DNA from: Chthonomonadales bacterium | GTDB lineage: Bacteria; Armatimonadota; Chthonomonadetes; Chthonomonadales; Chthonomonadaceae | NCBI GenBank assembly: GCA_038217285.1 | Contig: JBBQPO010000126.1 | Span: forward strand, 1-16,857 | Length of the DNA: 16,857 bases | Reading direction: 5' to 3' | In this document: positions 1-7,838 of the stretch, in pieces | Position numbering within the stretch: the first letter of the stretch is position 1 | Layout of the letters: each line of letters begins with the position of its first letter | The notes under the pieces: model-generated | What the model saw: the letters and a program-made list of their open reading frames with translations, nothing else | Told to the model about the DNA's origin: nothing | Databases searched by the model: none | Position numbers and translations under genes: made by a program

Positions 1-234
1 GAGCAGTCCGCGCCCACCGCCGGAGACGAAAAGCTCTTTGCCGTCCGCGCTGAATGTCATTCCCTCCCAGGTCTGATCCAGCGTCACGCTCGTCTGCAAC
101 TGCTCATCGTAGGTATCGATGGCCAGCACGCGGCTCGGCGCATAGCCGCCCGTCGTCACCAGGAGATAGTCTTTCTGTGGCGACCAGGTCATTGCCAGCG
201 GCATATCACCGGTCGGTATCTGTCGTCCGGCCGG
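1..234 (-). pseudogene. 5'-truncated fragment of a YVTN/YncE-type beta-propeller protein (beta-propeller/phosphoesterase family); runs off the window start
   Basis: Hand translation, not in the ORF track: PAGRQIPTGDMPLAMTWSPQKDYLLVTTGGYAPSRVLAIDTYDEQLQTSVTLDQTWEGMTFSADGKELFVSGGG. WSP and FSADGKELFVS are propeller blade motifs. In-frame TGA at 277-279, and no start codon or signal peptide upstream of the homologous part. Confidence 0.6.
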
Positions 235-235
235 T

Positions 236-332
236 CCCTCCGGAACTCGCCTTCGACATCGACCTGCCCGAAGAGCTCACTTACGCCCGGCATTTTGTCG
301 AGGCCAATCGCACCCGTCGTGGGGCGGGATAG
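236..332 (+). pseudogene. C-terminal fragment of a MobA-like NTP-transferase-domain protein
   Basis: End of ORF 54..332 reads PPELAFDIDLPEELTYARHF, resembling the DxD-x-P-x-[DE] C-terminal motif of GT-A nucleotidyltransferases. The upstream part of this ORF is only the antisense of the propeller fragment. Confidence 0.5.
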
Positions 333-1572
333 GCTGATGACGTCGGGCATTCGCCGCGCGCCCATCGCTGCCGATGAGCAGCGCCAGGAGCAGATAGCAG
401 GCGGGTACGAGATAGAAGGCGTGGCCCAGCCCGCCGCTCTGGTTGCCCAGATACCCCATCAGCCAGGTGGCAACGCCACACCCCGGTACGCCCGCGCAGG
501 CCAGGAGGATGAAGAGCATCGTGGTATCGACCTGGGGGAGCCGGTCGGCGCTGTGGCTCTGCACACTGGGCCAGAACGGCGCGGTGGCGATCCCGGCGAG
601 AAAAAGGAGAAGCAAGAACAGCCCCAGCGAGGCTGCCAGGGGCAGGCACAGCGTAATCGCGGTTCCGGCCAGGGCGGAGGCGACGATGAGCGCTTTGAGG
701 TGCTGCTGCCGGATCCAGTAGCCTTCACAGGTACGTCCCAGCACCATCCCCGCAGCAAAAAAGGCCGTCCCCATGCCGCCGATCCAGGCCGAAGCGGCAA
801 AATGCAACTGGAGGTAACTGGCACACCAGAACGTGATGCAGAACTCCCCGCCGCCCGCGACAAACATCGCCGCAAAGTACCGCCAGAATCCGGGTATCGC
901 AAGAATGCTCCGCATCTGGTTCCAGACCGTCGCGCGGTCGAGTGGCTCTGGCTGTTCGGGATAGGCCTGTTCCGGGCGTACGGGTCCGAGCAGGAGCAGG
1001 GCTGGGAGCAGCGCCACGGCCGAGACGCCGCCGGTGATGAGCCGCCAGGAGACGCCCCGCGACAGCAGCGCCCCGGCGAGCAGGACGGTCGCGAGGACGC
1101 CGATGGACCAGAAGGCGTGGGAAAAGTTGATGTAGCGTCCCGGCTCTTTGGGGTGCAGATCCTGAACAAAAGGGGTCGCCAGCCCTTCGATCACGCCTTC
1201 GCCCAGTCCGGCAACCACAAGGGCGAGGAAGACAAACCCGTAGGCAGGCGCAAACGCACAGAGGCCCATCCCCAGACCCATCAGGAGCACGGCAACCCCG
1301 AGGGTACGGCGCTTACCCCAGCGTCCCGCCCAGAAGCCGCACAGCAGCAGCGATGCCACCATGGCCATCGTCCGTCCCAGATGCAGCGCCCCACCCGCCG
1401 CCAGTCCGCCGCGTTCGAGCCGGAAATCCAGTTCGCGGGCGAGGGAGACCAGCGATACCGGCACCACGACGGACCCTGCCGCATAGGCGATGAAGGCGAG
1501 AAAGGAGGCGTAATCGTAGCGCCCAAAGACCATTGCACGGGCGTTTTTCATTGTTGTTACTGGTCTAGCCAT
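277..1572 (-). CDS. MFS transporter (probable sugar permease)
   Basis: About 12 hydrophobic segments, motif-A-like AGRWGKRRTL, and GLGEGVIEGLATPFVQDLHP..GRYINFSHAFWSIG. Start is ATG 1572 or ATG 1551; the extension to 1926 does not look coding. Confidence 0.88.
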   Translation of the reverse strand: MARPVTTMKNARAMVFGRYDYASFLAFIAYAAGSVVVPVSLVSLARELDFRLERGGLAAGGALHLGRTMAMVASLLLCGFWAGRWGKRRTLGVAVLLMGLGMGLCAFAPAYGFVFLALVVAGLGEGVIEGLATPFVQDLHPKEPGRYINFSHAFWSIGVLATVLLAGALLSRGVSWRLITGGVSAVALLPALLLLGPVRPEQAYPEQPEPLDRATVWNQMRSILAIPGFWRYFAAMFVAGGGEFCITFWCASYLQLHFAASAWIGGMGTAFFAAGMVLGRTCEGYWIRQQHLKALIVASALAGTAITLCLPLAASLGLFLLLLFLAGIATAPFWPSVQSHSADRLPQVDTTMLFILLACAGVPGCGVATWLMGYLGNQSGGLGHAFYLVPACYLLLALLIGSDGRAANARRHQPIPPHDGCDWPRQNAGRK

Positions 1573-1692
1573 TCGGGTAATACCACCATAATCGCCCTCC
1601 AATCTTGTAGAGAGATGTGATTTACTGCCTGCATAAGACGGCAAACCAGCAAGCAACGATCGCTTCCTTGGGGGCAGTCTGCATTCGACTCC

Positions 1693-1701
1693 ATTGTACC
1701 A
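1693..1701 (-). promoter_or_regulatory. Extended -10 promoter for the MFS gene
   Basis: TG-G-TACAAT on the minus strand about 120 nt upstream of the MFS start. Confidence 0.5.
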
Positions 1702-1762
1702 TAGCTCGAAATAATCATCGTTCCTGCCTCGGCGAGTTGTGAGAAGGTAACAGGTGGCAAGA

Positions 1763-1792
1763 CAAAAAAGAGAATCGCCCGACCAGGGCGAT
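1763..1792 (-). terminator. Intrinsic terminator
   Basis: ATCGCCC-tggtc-GGGCGAT stem followed by TCTCTTTTTT on the minus strand. Confidence 0.55.
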
Positions 1793-1913
1793 CCAATGGC
1801 TATAGTGGTCAGGTTTGTACAAACAGAAAAGCTTGCATTCATAGCGATCAGACAGTCAAGTAGGATCGGATACAGGACTCGAATCTGTGATCTGACGCTG
1901 GTCCCTATAGGGA

Positions 1914-1946
1914 GCCCCTCTTCCAATCTCGGAAGAGGGGCGTTTT
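1914..1946. terminator. Terminator-like hairpin downstream of the DUF1573 gene; T-tail on the + strand
   Basis: 11-bp perfect stem GCCCCTCTTCC/GGAAGAGGGGC, 6-nt loop, then GTTTT. Confidence 0.65.
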
Positions 1947-1959
1947 GGCTGTCGGTGGG

Positions 1960-3303
1960 TCAGGGTTTGACGGCAGGGGTGACGTAGCCGAAGGCGGGGA
2001 GGACGAGGCGTTCGCCGTCCTGGGTCGTGAGGATCACCTGAGTCTGGAGGGCGCCGGGCGGCGTTTTCGGATTGAGGGTTACTTCCAGCAGCAGCATGGG
2101 AGGCAGCTTCTGCGGCGGCGCGGCGGGATCCTGTTTCGGGCGTTCAGGGATGCTCATCTTCGCGGTGACCCATACGGATGGAGAGGTCACCTTCAGATTT
2201 TTCAGCGCCTCTTCCGTCTTGCCAACGAGGGTGATGCGGCGGGTGGTGCTGTCGCCCTGGGTGACGGCTCCGAACACGACCGTGCCCGGTCGGGCCGAAA
2301 CCTTGCCGAAAACCTCGCCGGTCACCGGCGCCGTGAGCGCGCTGAGGAAGGTCGCTGCCATCTCGGCCGCTGCTTTCGTATTGCTTTTGTTGGCGACAGC
2401 GGCGCTCTTGAGCGGAACGAACGAGAGTGTGCCGCTCAGGACGCCCAGGCTCGCTTTCGGCGTCACCATAATGGTGTACCGTCGCAGGACCGTATGCCCG
2501 TCGCCTCCCGCAATCGGAGTATCGACCGGGGGAGTCGGACCGATGAGAATGCCGGGATTGGAGCTTACCAGTCGGACCCCACCGACTGTATTGATCAGAC
2601 GTTTGTCCAGCGTTACCGAGAGCGTCTGCGCCGGATTCTCGCCGGCGTTCACGCGCCCGAACTCTATGGCCGGGGGCGAGAAGGTGAGGACGCCTTCGAT
2701 GGTGGCGTCGAGACGGATGGCGAAGCTGGGCGCGGTCTCGCCCGGCATCATCACCCACACGAACTTTTTGATCATTCCCGGCGCCAGTTTGCTCGTATCG
2801 ATGGCCACTTTGATGCCGACCTGCGTGCCGGGCCGCAGCGTGTACTCGGCGGTCTCTTTCCCTGCCGCGATCAGCAGTGCGCTGGTGCAGCCGCAGGAGG
2901 ACTGTAGGCGATCAATCACGACCGGGATCTTGCCGTCGTTGCGCAGGGTAAAGGTGTGGATCAGAACCGGATGCAGAAAACGATCTATGCTCCCGAAGGC
3001 GTAGATCGCGCCGGCGGGCGGGGCGATCTTCACTCCTTTCTCCTCCACGAGATTGAGCAGGACGCCCTTGTCCGCACCAGCCGGTTTCTGGAGTTCAGGC
3101 GGAGCCTGGGCCTGCACAACAGGCGTAGCCTGGGCTTGCACACCCGGCGTAGCCTGCGCTTGTGCGCCCCACGACAGGGCCAACCCCAGCAGCGCCAGCC
3201 CCCCTGTCGCCTGTGTAAGGAGGCACCGTCCGACTGCGTGTGTGCGCTGCTGCCGCTCAGAAGCCTCCGGAGCCGGGAATTGCGCTTCTCTACTTCTTGT
3301 CAT
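1960..3303 (-). CDS. Exported DUF1573 (Ig-like) domain protein with about three beta-sandwich modules
   Basis: HTFTLRNDGKIPVVIDRLQSSCGCTSA is the DUF1573 signature. Repeated P-x-x-[IV]-x-FG-x-V modules, hydrophobic segment ending AQA, and a GGAGG RBS. Confidence 0.85.
   Translation of the reverse strand: MTRSREAQFPAPEASERQQRTHAVGRCLLTQATGGLALLGLALSWGAQAQATPGVQAQATPVVQAQAPPELQKPAGADKGVLLNLVEEKGVKIAPPAGAIYAFGSIDRFLHPVLIHTFTLRNDGKIPVVIDRLQSSCGCTSALLIAAGKETAEYTLRPGTQVGIKVAIDTSKLAPGMIKKFVWVMMPGETAPSFAIRLDATIEGVLTFSPPAIEFGRVNAGENPAQTLSVTLDKRLINTVGGVRLVSSNPGILIGPTPPVDTPIAGGDGHTVLRRYTIMVTPKASLGVLSGTLSFVPLKSAAVANKSNTKAAAEMAATFLSALTAPVTGEVFGKVSARPGTVVFGAVTQGDSTTRRITLVGKTEEALKNLKVTSPSVWVTAKMSIPERPKQDPAAPPQKLPPMLLLEVTLNPKTPPGALQTQVILTTQDGERLVLPAFGYVTPAVKP
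3103..3162 (-). repeat. 24-bp tandem repeat (about 2.5 copies) encoding QAQATPxV
   Basis: agcctgggcctgcacaacaggcgt / agcctgggcttgcacacccggcgt / agcctgcgcttg. Confidence 0.85.
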
Positions 3304-4006
3304 GTTTGCCTCCCTGGCCGGTCTTGGGCGCAGGTCTCTTCGTCAGGTTGGGTGCAGGGGGGGGCGGGAGCGTCGTGCGGCGCAGGCCGTTGATCGTTTT
3401 CGCGACAAGGAGCGCGGCCGCCGCTTTCTGTGGAGCGTCGTCGGCATGGCTATTGACATAGCGCAGCAGGCCGTTGTTATCGAGCACATAGAGGCGTGGG
3501 CAGGGCATCGCGTGATACAGCCGTGTCAGCTTGAAGTCGGCGTCGGGGAGCAGGACGGTCTGTTTCAAGTCGAGACCCGCTGCGGCGGCATACGCGCGCG
3601 CCGCCGCAGCATCCCCCATGAACACCACCAGTGTGATGGGCGGCTTGCTCGTCGGCGTTGAAGCGGCCTCCGTCTGCCCTGCCGCGTCCGTCAGCACGCC
3701 GCCGCGCTGCATCTGCGCCCACTCCGTGCCGAACGCATGGCACCAGCGGCAGCCGCAGGCGAAGCAGATCACGACCGGACGGCCCCGATATTCCGCAAGC
3801 GTGTGGCTCGTGCCGTCCACATCCGTCCGCGTAAAAGCAGGCGTCGTCCGGTTTTCCGGCAGGGCGGTATCGGAGGCTGCGCCGTTCGAAACGGTCAGGA
3901 ACAGACATAGCGCCGCCAGTCCGAGCCGCAGAGAGGCCAAAAAAGAGCGTAAGCGGGATGAGGACAGGGTTCTGTCCGTATTTCTAAATTGCGTCAGAAG
4001 CGGCAT
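3290..4006 (-). CDS. Exported redoxin (AhpC/TSA-TlpA-like thioredoxin fold) protein
   Basis: PAFTRTDVDGTSHTLAEYRGRPVVICFACGCRWC, LLPD and cis-Pro loop PRLYVLDNNGLLRY. N-terminal hydrophobic segment; GGAGA RBS before ATG 4006; overlaps the DUF1573 start by 14 bp. Confidence 0.8.
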   Translation of the reverse strand: MPLLTQFRNTDRTLSSSRLRSFLASLRLGLAALCLFLTVSNGAASDTALPENRTTPAFTRTDVDGTSHTLAEYRGRPVVICFACGCRWCHAFGTEWAQMQRGGVLTDAAGQTEAASTPTSKPPITLVVFMGDAAAARAYAAAAGLDLKQTVLLPDADFKLTRLYHAMPCPRLYVLDNNGLLRYVNSHADDAPQKAAAALLVAKTINGLRRTTLPPPPAPNLTKRPAPKTGQGGKHDKK

Positions 4007-4030
4007 CTTCGTTCTCCCAGGGGGTCTGTT

Positions 4031-4059
4031 ATTGTAGCCGCTGACAGCAAAATTTGCAA
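4031..4059 (-). promoter_or_regulatory. sigma70 promoter for the redoxin-DUF1573 operon
   Basis: TTGCAA-N17-TACAAT. Confidence 0.65.
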
Positions 4060-4138
4060 GGGGAGTCGGCCTACAAACCGTTCTGGAAGGAGCGAAACCT
4101 GCCCAAAGCCGTCCTGTGAAAAAAAGTTCAAACGGCTC

Positions 4139-4168
4139 TTGACAGAAGCGGCAGAGCGGGGATACAAT
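4139..4168 (+). promoter_or_regulatory. sigma70 promoter for the leader-porin-ABC operon
   Basis: TTGACA-N18-TACAAT, with an upstream A-tract at 4119-4125. Confidence 0.7.
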
Positions 4169-4182
4169 AGGCTCGTCACGCG

Positions 4183-4211
4183 CCCTTCTCTTCGCCGGAG
4201 ACGGGTTTTTT
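4183..4211 (+). terminator. Attenuator-like terminator just after the predicted transcription start
   Basis: CCCtTCTC-ttcgccg-GAGAcGGG stem (one mismatch) followed by TTTTTT. Confidence 0.45.
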
Positions 4212-4256
4212 GTTGTCTGCCTGTTCGGGCGGACGGCAACTTCTGGAGAGATCACG

Positions 4257-4343
4257 ATGAACATTGCCAGTTTTCAGCCTCCCTGCTGCCAAAAGGGGAG
4301 GCGTAAAAACCGCGCCGTGAAGGCCGTGCCCGCTTTGCGATAG
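4257..4343 (+). CDS. Putative 28-aa leader peptide MNIASFQPPCCQKGRRKNRAVKAVPALR
   Basis: GGAGAG RBS 6 nt before ATG. The 15-mer GGAGAGATCACGATG is identical to the initiation region of the gene at 15877. Confidence 0.5.
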   Translation: MNIASFQPPCCQKGRRKNRAVKAVPALR

Positions 4344-4590
4344 CCTCGTTTGCCCGCTGTCGCCTCGCCGCTCGCCGCCTTCTCGGAACTTCCGAAAGGT
4401 GCGCGAGTCGCGCGGCGAACCCCCGTTCTGCTTCGACAGATCGTTCCCGCCGCCTCCCTCGCCACTCCCATTCCCACCAAGAGACGCGACGAATCGTGTC
4501 GCCTGCTTAACCTCTCCCCTTAGGGAGGGGGGCCACTGCCTGCGCCTCGGCGCGGACGGAGCCGACTGCTTACCGAGGGAGAAAACAACG

Positions 4591-6012
4591 ATGACGACTC
4601 GAATTTCCTGGCCGCGCACAGGCCGAATAGTCCGTATGCTGAACAGTGTTGGTCTTCTGGCCTTGCTGACGGGCGGCGCAGCCTGCGCACAGAACGCGCC
4701 GACGCCGCAGGACAATGCGGCGAAGGCTAACCTGCAGCCGACCGCCGACAAAAAGGCGCTGCTACCCTATGAGCTTGGGTTGCAGGTGACCGTGATCGAT
4801 CAGAACCTGTTCAAGTTCCGCAGCCCCTACTCCGGCCCGAACAGTCTGCTGGGGCGCAATGAAAACGAGAAGTCCGATACCTACACCCTCTATGCCGGGG
4901 TGCGCCTGACACACGGCCTGGAGCTCTTCATCAACCCGGAGATGGCGCGCGGCAACGGCATCGGAGAGGCGCTTGGGCTGGCGGGCTTCACCAACGGCGA
5001 TGTGATCCGTAATCCCACGCTCGGCATGGAGCCCTATCTCGGACGCTACTTCGTCCGGTATACTCTGGCGACGGGCAAGGGCGAAGAGAAGATCACTCCC
5101 GGCGAAAATCAGATCGAAGGCATGCGCCCCACCCATCGTCTGGTCTTTACCGCCGGCAAGATCGGCGCCAACGATATCTTCGATGTCAGCTCCTACGCCA
5201 ACAGCACCCGTACGCAGTTTATGAACTGGTCGCTGCTCAACAACGCCGCCTACGACTACGCCGCCGACACGCGGGGCTATTCACGGGGCTACACGGTCGA
5301 ATGGGTGCATCCGGATTTCGCGGTGCGTCTCGGGCTGCTCGCCATGCCACTGGTCGCCAACGGCTCCGATCTCGCCGAGAACCTCCACCATGCGCGCGGC
5401 GAACAGATCGAGCTGGAGACACACCCGACCCTGCTCCGTCGCAAGGGGCCGATGATCGTGCGGCTGCTGGCCTACCGCAACATCGCCACGATGGGCAGTT
5501 ACCGCGAAACGTTGGCGCTGGCGCAAAAGAACGGCACGACGCCCGATATTTTCGCGACCCGCCGCCAGAACCGAACCAAATACGGCTTTGGCCTGAACTT
5601 CGAACAGCCGCTCGGAGACGATGGCCTGACCGGCGTATTCGGGCGCTACGGCTGGGACGACGGCGCGACGGAGAGCTTCGCCTATACGGAGGTGGATCGG
5701 ACCCTGACGCTGGGCGGGCAGCTCTCCGGCAAACGCTGGCATCGGCCCGACGACCGCCTGGCCCTGGCGCTTGTACAGAACGATATTGTCGGCGCACATA
5801 GAGACTATCTCGCGGCGGGCGGGCTCGGATTTCTGCTCGGAGACGGCAAACTCAACTACGGCTCCGAGCAGATCCTGGAGACCTACTACAGCTATCAGGT
5901 CGCCAAGCCGCTGGCGCTGGCGCTGGACTACCAGTTCATCAACAATCCCGGCTACAACCGCGATCGCGGCCCGGTTTCCGTGTTGTCCGTGCGCGCCCAT
6001 CTGGAGTTTTAG
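4591..6012 (+). CDS. Outer-membrane porin, OprB carbohydrate-porin superfamily, MnoP (Mn2+ porin)-like
   Basis: Signal peptide; F-x-SPYSGPNSL, NPE...G-x-G..LGLAGFTNG, YANSTRTQFMNW, AYDYAADTRGY, YQFINNPGYNRDRGPV; terminal Phe (HLEF); GAGGGAG RBS before ATG 4591. Confidence 0.85.
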   Translation: MTTRISWPRTGRIVRMLNSVGLLALLTGGAACAQNAPTPQDNAAKANLQPTADKKALLPYELGLQVTVIDQNLFKFRSPYSGPNSLLGRNENEKSDTYTLYAGVRLTHGLELFINPEMARGNGIGEALGLAGFTNGDVIRNPTLGMEPYLGRYFVRYTLATGKGEEKITPGENQIEGMRPTHRLVFTAGKIGANDIFDVSSYANSTRTQFMNWSLLNNAAYDYAADTRGYSRGYTVEWVHPDFAVRLGLLAMPLVANGSDLAENLHHARGEQIELETHPTLLRRKGPMIVRLLAYRNIATMGSYRETLALAQKNGTTPDIFATRRQNRTKYGFGLNFEQPLGDDGLTGVFGRYGWDDGATESFAYTEVDRTLTLGGQLSGKRWHRPDDRLALALVQNDIVGAHRDYLAAGGLGFLLGDGKLNYGSEQILETYYSYQVAKPLALALDYQFINNPGYNRDRGPVSVLSVRAHLEF

Positions 6013-6038
6013 ATCGCGCGGGAAAGGAGGGTGCGACG

Positions 6039-7772
6039 ATGCGACTGACCTATATGCCGCAGGCGGTGAAAAACGCGCACCGCATCGGCTGGCGCGATCT
6101 CGTGCTGTTCGTGGCCTTCTTCGGGCTGCTGTTCGGAGTGCTGCATCTGACGAAGGAGATGCGCGTCCATTTCGCGCCTTCCGTCACGATGCAGATAGAC
6201 CTGTCGCCGCGCGCGCTGCCCGGCTATGCGGCGCGCTCCCTGCTGCGCATGTTTCTGGCCTTCGGGGCGAGCCTGCTGTTTACGTTCGTCTACGGCTATA
6301 TCGCCGCCTACAACCTGCGGGCGCAGAAGATTCTGGTGCCGCTGCTCGACATCCTGCAGTCGGTTCCCGTGCTCGGATTCCTGTCGATCACGGTTACCGG
6401 GTTCATGGCGCTCTTTCCGGGTTCGCTGCTGGGTCTGGAGTGCGCGAGCATATTCGCCATCTTCACCGGCCAGGCGTGGAACATGACGTTCAGCTTTTAC
6501 CAGTCGCTGCGCACCATTCCCACGGAGCTGCGCGAGGCGACTACCATCTACCGGCTGAACTGGTGGCAGCGATTCGTCAAGCTGGAAGCGCCCTACAGCA
6601 TGATCGGGCTGGTCTGGAATGGGATGATGAGCTTCGGCGGGGGCTGGTTTTTTCTGGCCGCCTCGGAGGCGATCTCCGTGCTGGGCAACAACTTCAAGCT
6701 GCCCGGCATCGGCTCCTATATGGCGACCGCCGTGGAGAAGGGCGATACGAAAGCCGTCGCCTGGGCCATTCTCACGATGATCCTGGTCGTGGTGGTCGTG
6801 GACCAGTTGTTCTGGCGGCCGGTGGTGGCGTGGTCGCAGAAGTTTAAGTTCGAGCAGACCGATTCGTCCGCAGAGCCGACCTCCTTCGTGCTGGACGTCG
6901 TCCGAAAGTCGGCGCTGATGGACTGGCTCGAGAAGCGGGTGTTCGCCCGGATCGGCAAGGCGCTGGACACGCTGTTCGCCCGAACCGCCCGCGCCGACAG
7001 AGGTCCGCTTCTGCCGGCCGGCGTGTCGCAGATCGTGAACGGGGCCGTCACGGTAGCTCTGGGGGCGCTGGTTCTCTATGGCGCGGTGCGCAGCTTCAAC
7101 GTCGTTCGCAGCGAGATCACCCTCCTGAAGGCGTTCCATGTGCTCCTCCTCGGCCTGCTGACGCTGCTGCGCGTCGTGGTGATGGTGGTGGTGGCGACCG
7201 TGATCTGGACGCCTATCGGAGTGCGGATCGGATTTACCCCACGTCTCGCCCGGATCGCGCAGCCGCTGGTGCAGATCGGCGCGTCCTTCCCGGCGAACCT
7301 GATCTTCCCGGTCGCGGTGCTGATCTTTCTGCGCCTGCACGTCAACTTCGAGTGGGGCAGCATTCTGCTCATCGCGCTGGGCACCCAGTGGTATATTCTC
7401 TTCAATGTCATCGCGGGGGCCAGCGCGGTGCCCGGCGACCTGCGCGAGGCTGCACTGGTCTTCCGGCTGCGCGGCTGGACGCTCTGGAAGACGCTCATCC
7501 TGCCCGCCATCTTTCCGGCCTGGGTGACGGGGGCGTTGACCGCAGCCGGGGGAGCCTGGAACGCCAGCATCGTGGCGGAAGTGGCGTCGTGGGGCACGCA
7601 TAAGCTGACGGCGCACGGCCTCGGCGCGTACGTGGCGGACGCGACGGAGCGCGGCGACTGGCCCGCCATCATCCTGGGCATCGCGACGATGTCCGCGATC
7701 GTCGTCCTGCTGAATCGCCTCGTCTGGCGACCGCTCTACGCGCTGGCGGAAGGCCGCTACCGACTGGGGTAA
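6039..7772 (+). CDS. ABC transporter permease, NitT/TauT family, two fused TM modules
   Basis: SLLRM, LLDILQSVPVLGFL, GQAWNMTFSFYQSL..IPTELREA, second EAA loop VPGDLREAA, GGAWNASIVAE; AGGAGG RBS. Confidence 0.93.
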   Translation: MRLTYMPQAVKNAHRIGWRDLVLFVAFFGLLFGVLHLTKEMRVHFAPSVTMQIDLSPRALPGYAARSLLRMFLAFGASLLFTFVYGYIAAYNLRAQKILVPLLDILQSVPVLGFLSITVTGFMALFPGSLLGLECASIFAIFTGQAWNMTFSFYQSLRTIPTELREATTIYRLNWWQRFVKLEAPYSMIGLVWNGMMSFGGGWFFLAASEAISVLGNNFKLPGIGSYMATAVEKGDTKAVAWAILTMILVVVVVDQLFWRPVVAWSQKFKFEQTDSSAEPTSFVLDVVRKSALMDWLEKRVFARIGKALDTLFARTARADRGPLLPAGVSQIVNGAVTVALGALVLYGAVRSFNVVRSEITLLKAFHVLLLGLLTLLRVVVMVVVATVIWTPIGVRIGFTPRLARIAQPLVQIGASFPANLIFPVAVLIFLRLHVNFEWGSILLIALGTQWYILFNVIAGASAVPGDLREAALVFRLRGWTLWKTLILPAIFPAWVTGALTAAGGAWNASIVAEVASWGTHKLTAHGLGAYVADATERGDWPAIILGIATMSAIVVLLNRLVWRPLYALAEGRYRLG

Positions 7773-7777
7773 CTTAA

Positions 7778-7812
7778 CCCCGTTCCCTTCCCGACACGGG
7801 AAGGGAACGGGG
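7778..7812. repeat. Intercistronic 16-bp perfect inverted repeat (REP-like hairpin)
   Basis: CCCCGTTCCCTTCCCG-aca-CGGGAAGGGAACGGGG; no T-tail. Confidence 0.8.
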
Positions 7813-7838
7813 GTTGGGCACATGGAAGGAGATCTGTT

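Noticed and set aside
1573-1926. N-terminal ORF-track extensions (MFS to 1926; likewise redoxin to 4264, porin from 4399, anti-sigma to 10842, paralog 3 from 15820)
   Set aside because: They cross promoters, terminators or neighbouring genes; downstream starts fit RBS or gene coupling and domain boundaries better.
4283-4295. CTGCTGCCAAAAG resembling part of the M-box (ykoK) riboswitch
   Set aside because: The upstream AGGTGAGGCT-like and downstream conserved M-box segments are not visible.
4483-4500. ACGA-containing hairpin suggesting a guanidine-II riboswitch
   Set aside because: ACGA is not a properly closed tetraloop here, and the required second hairpin is missing.
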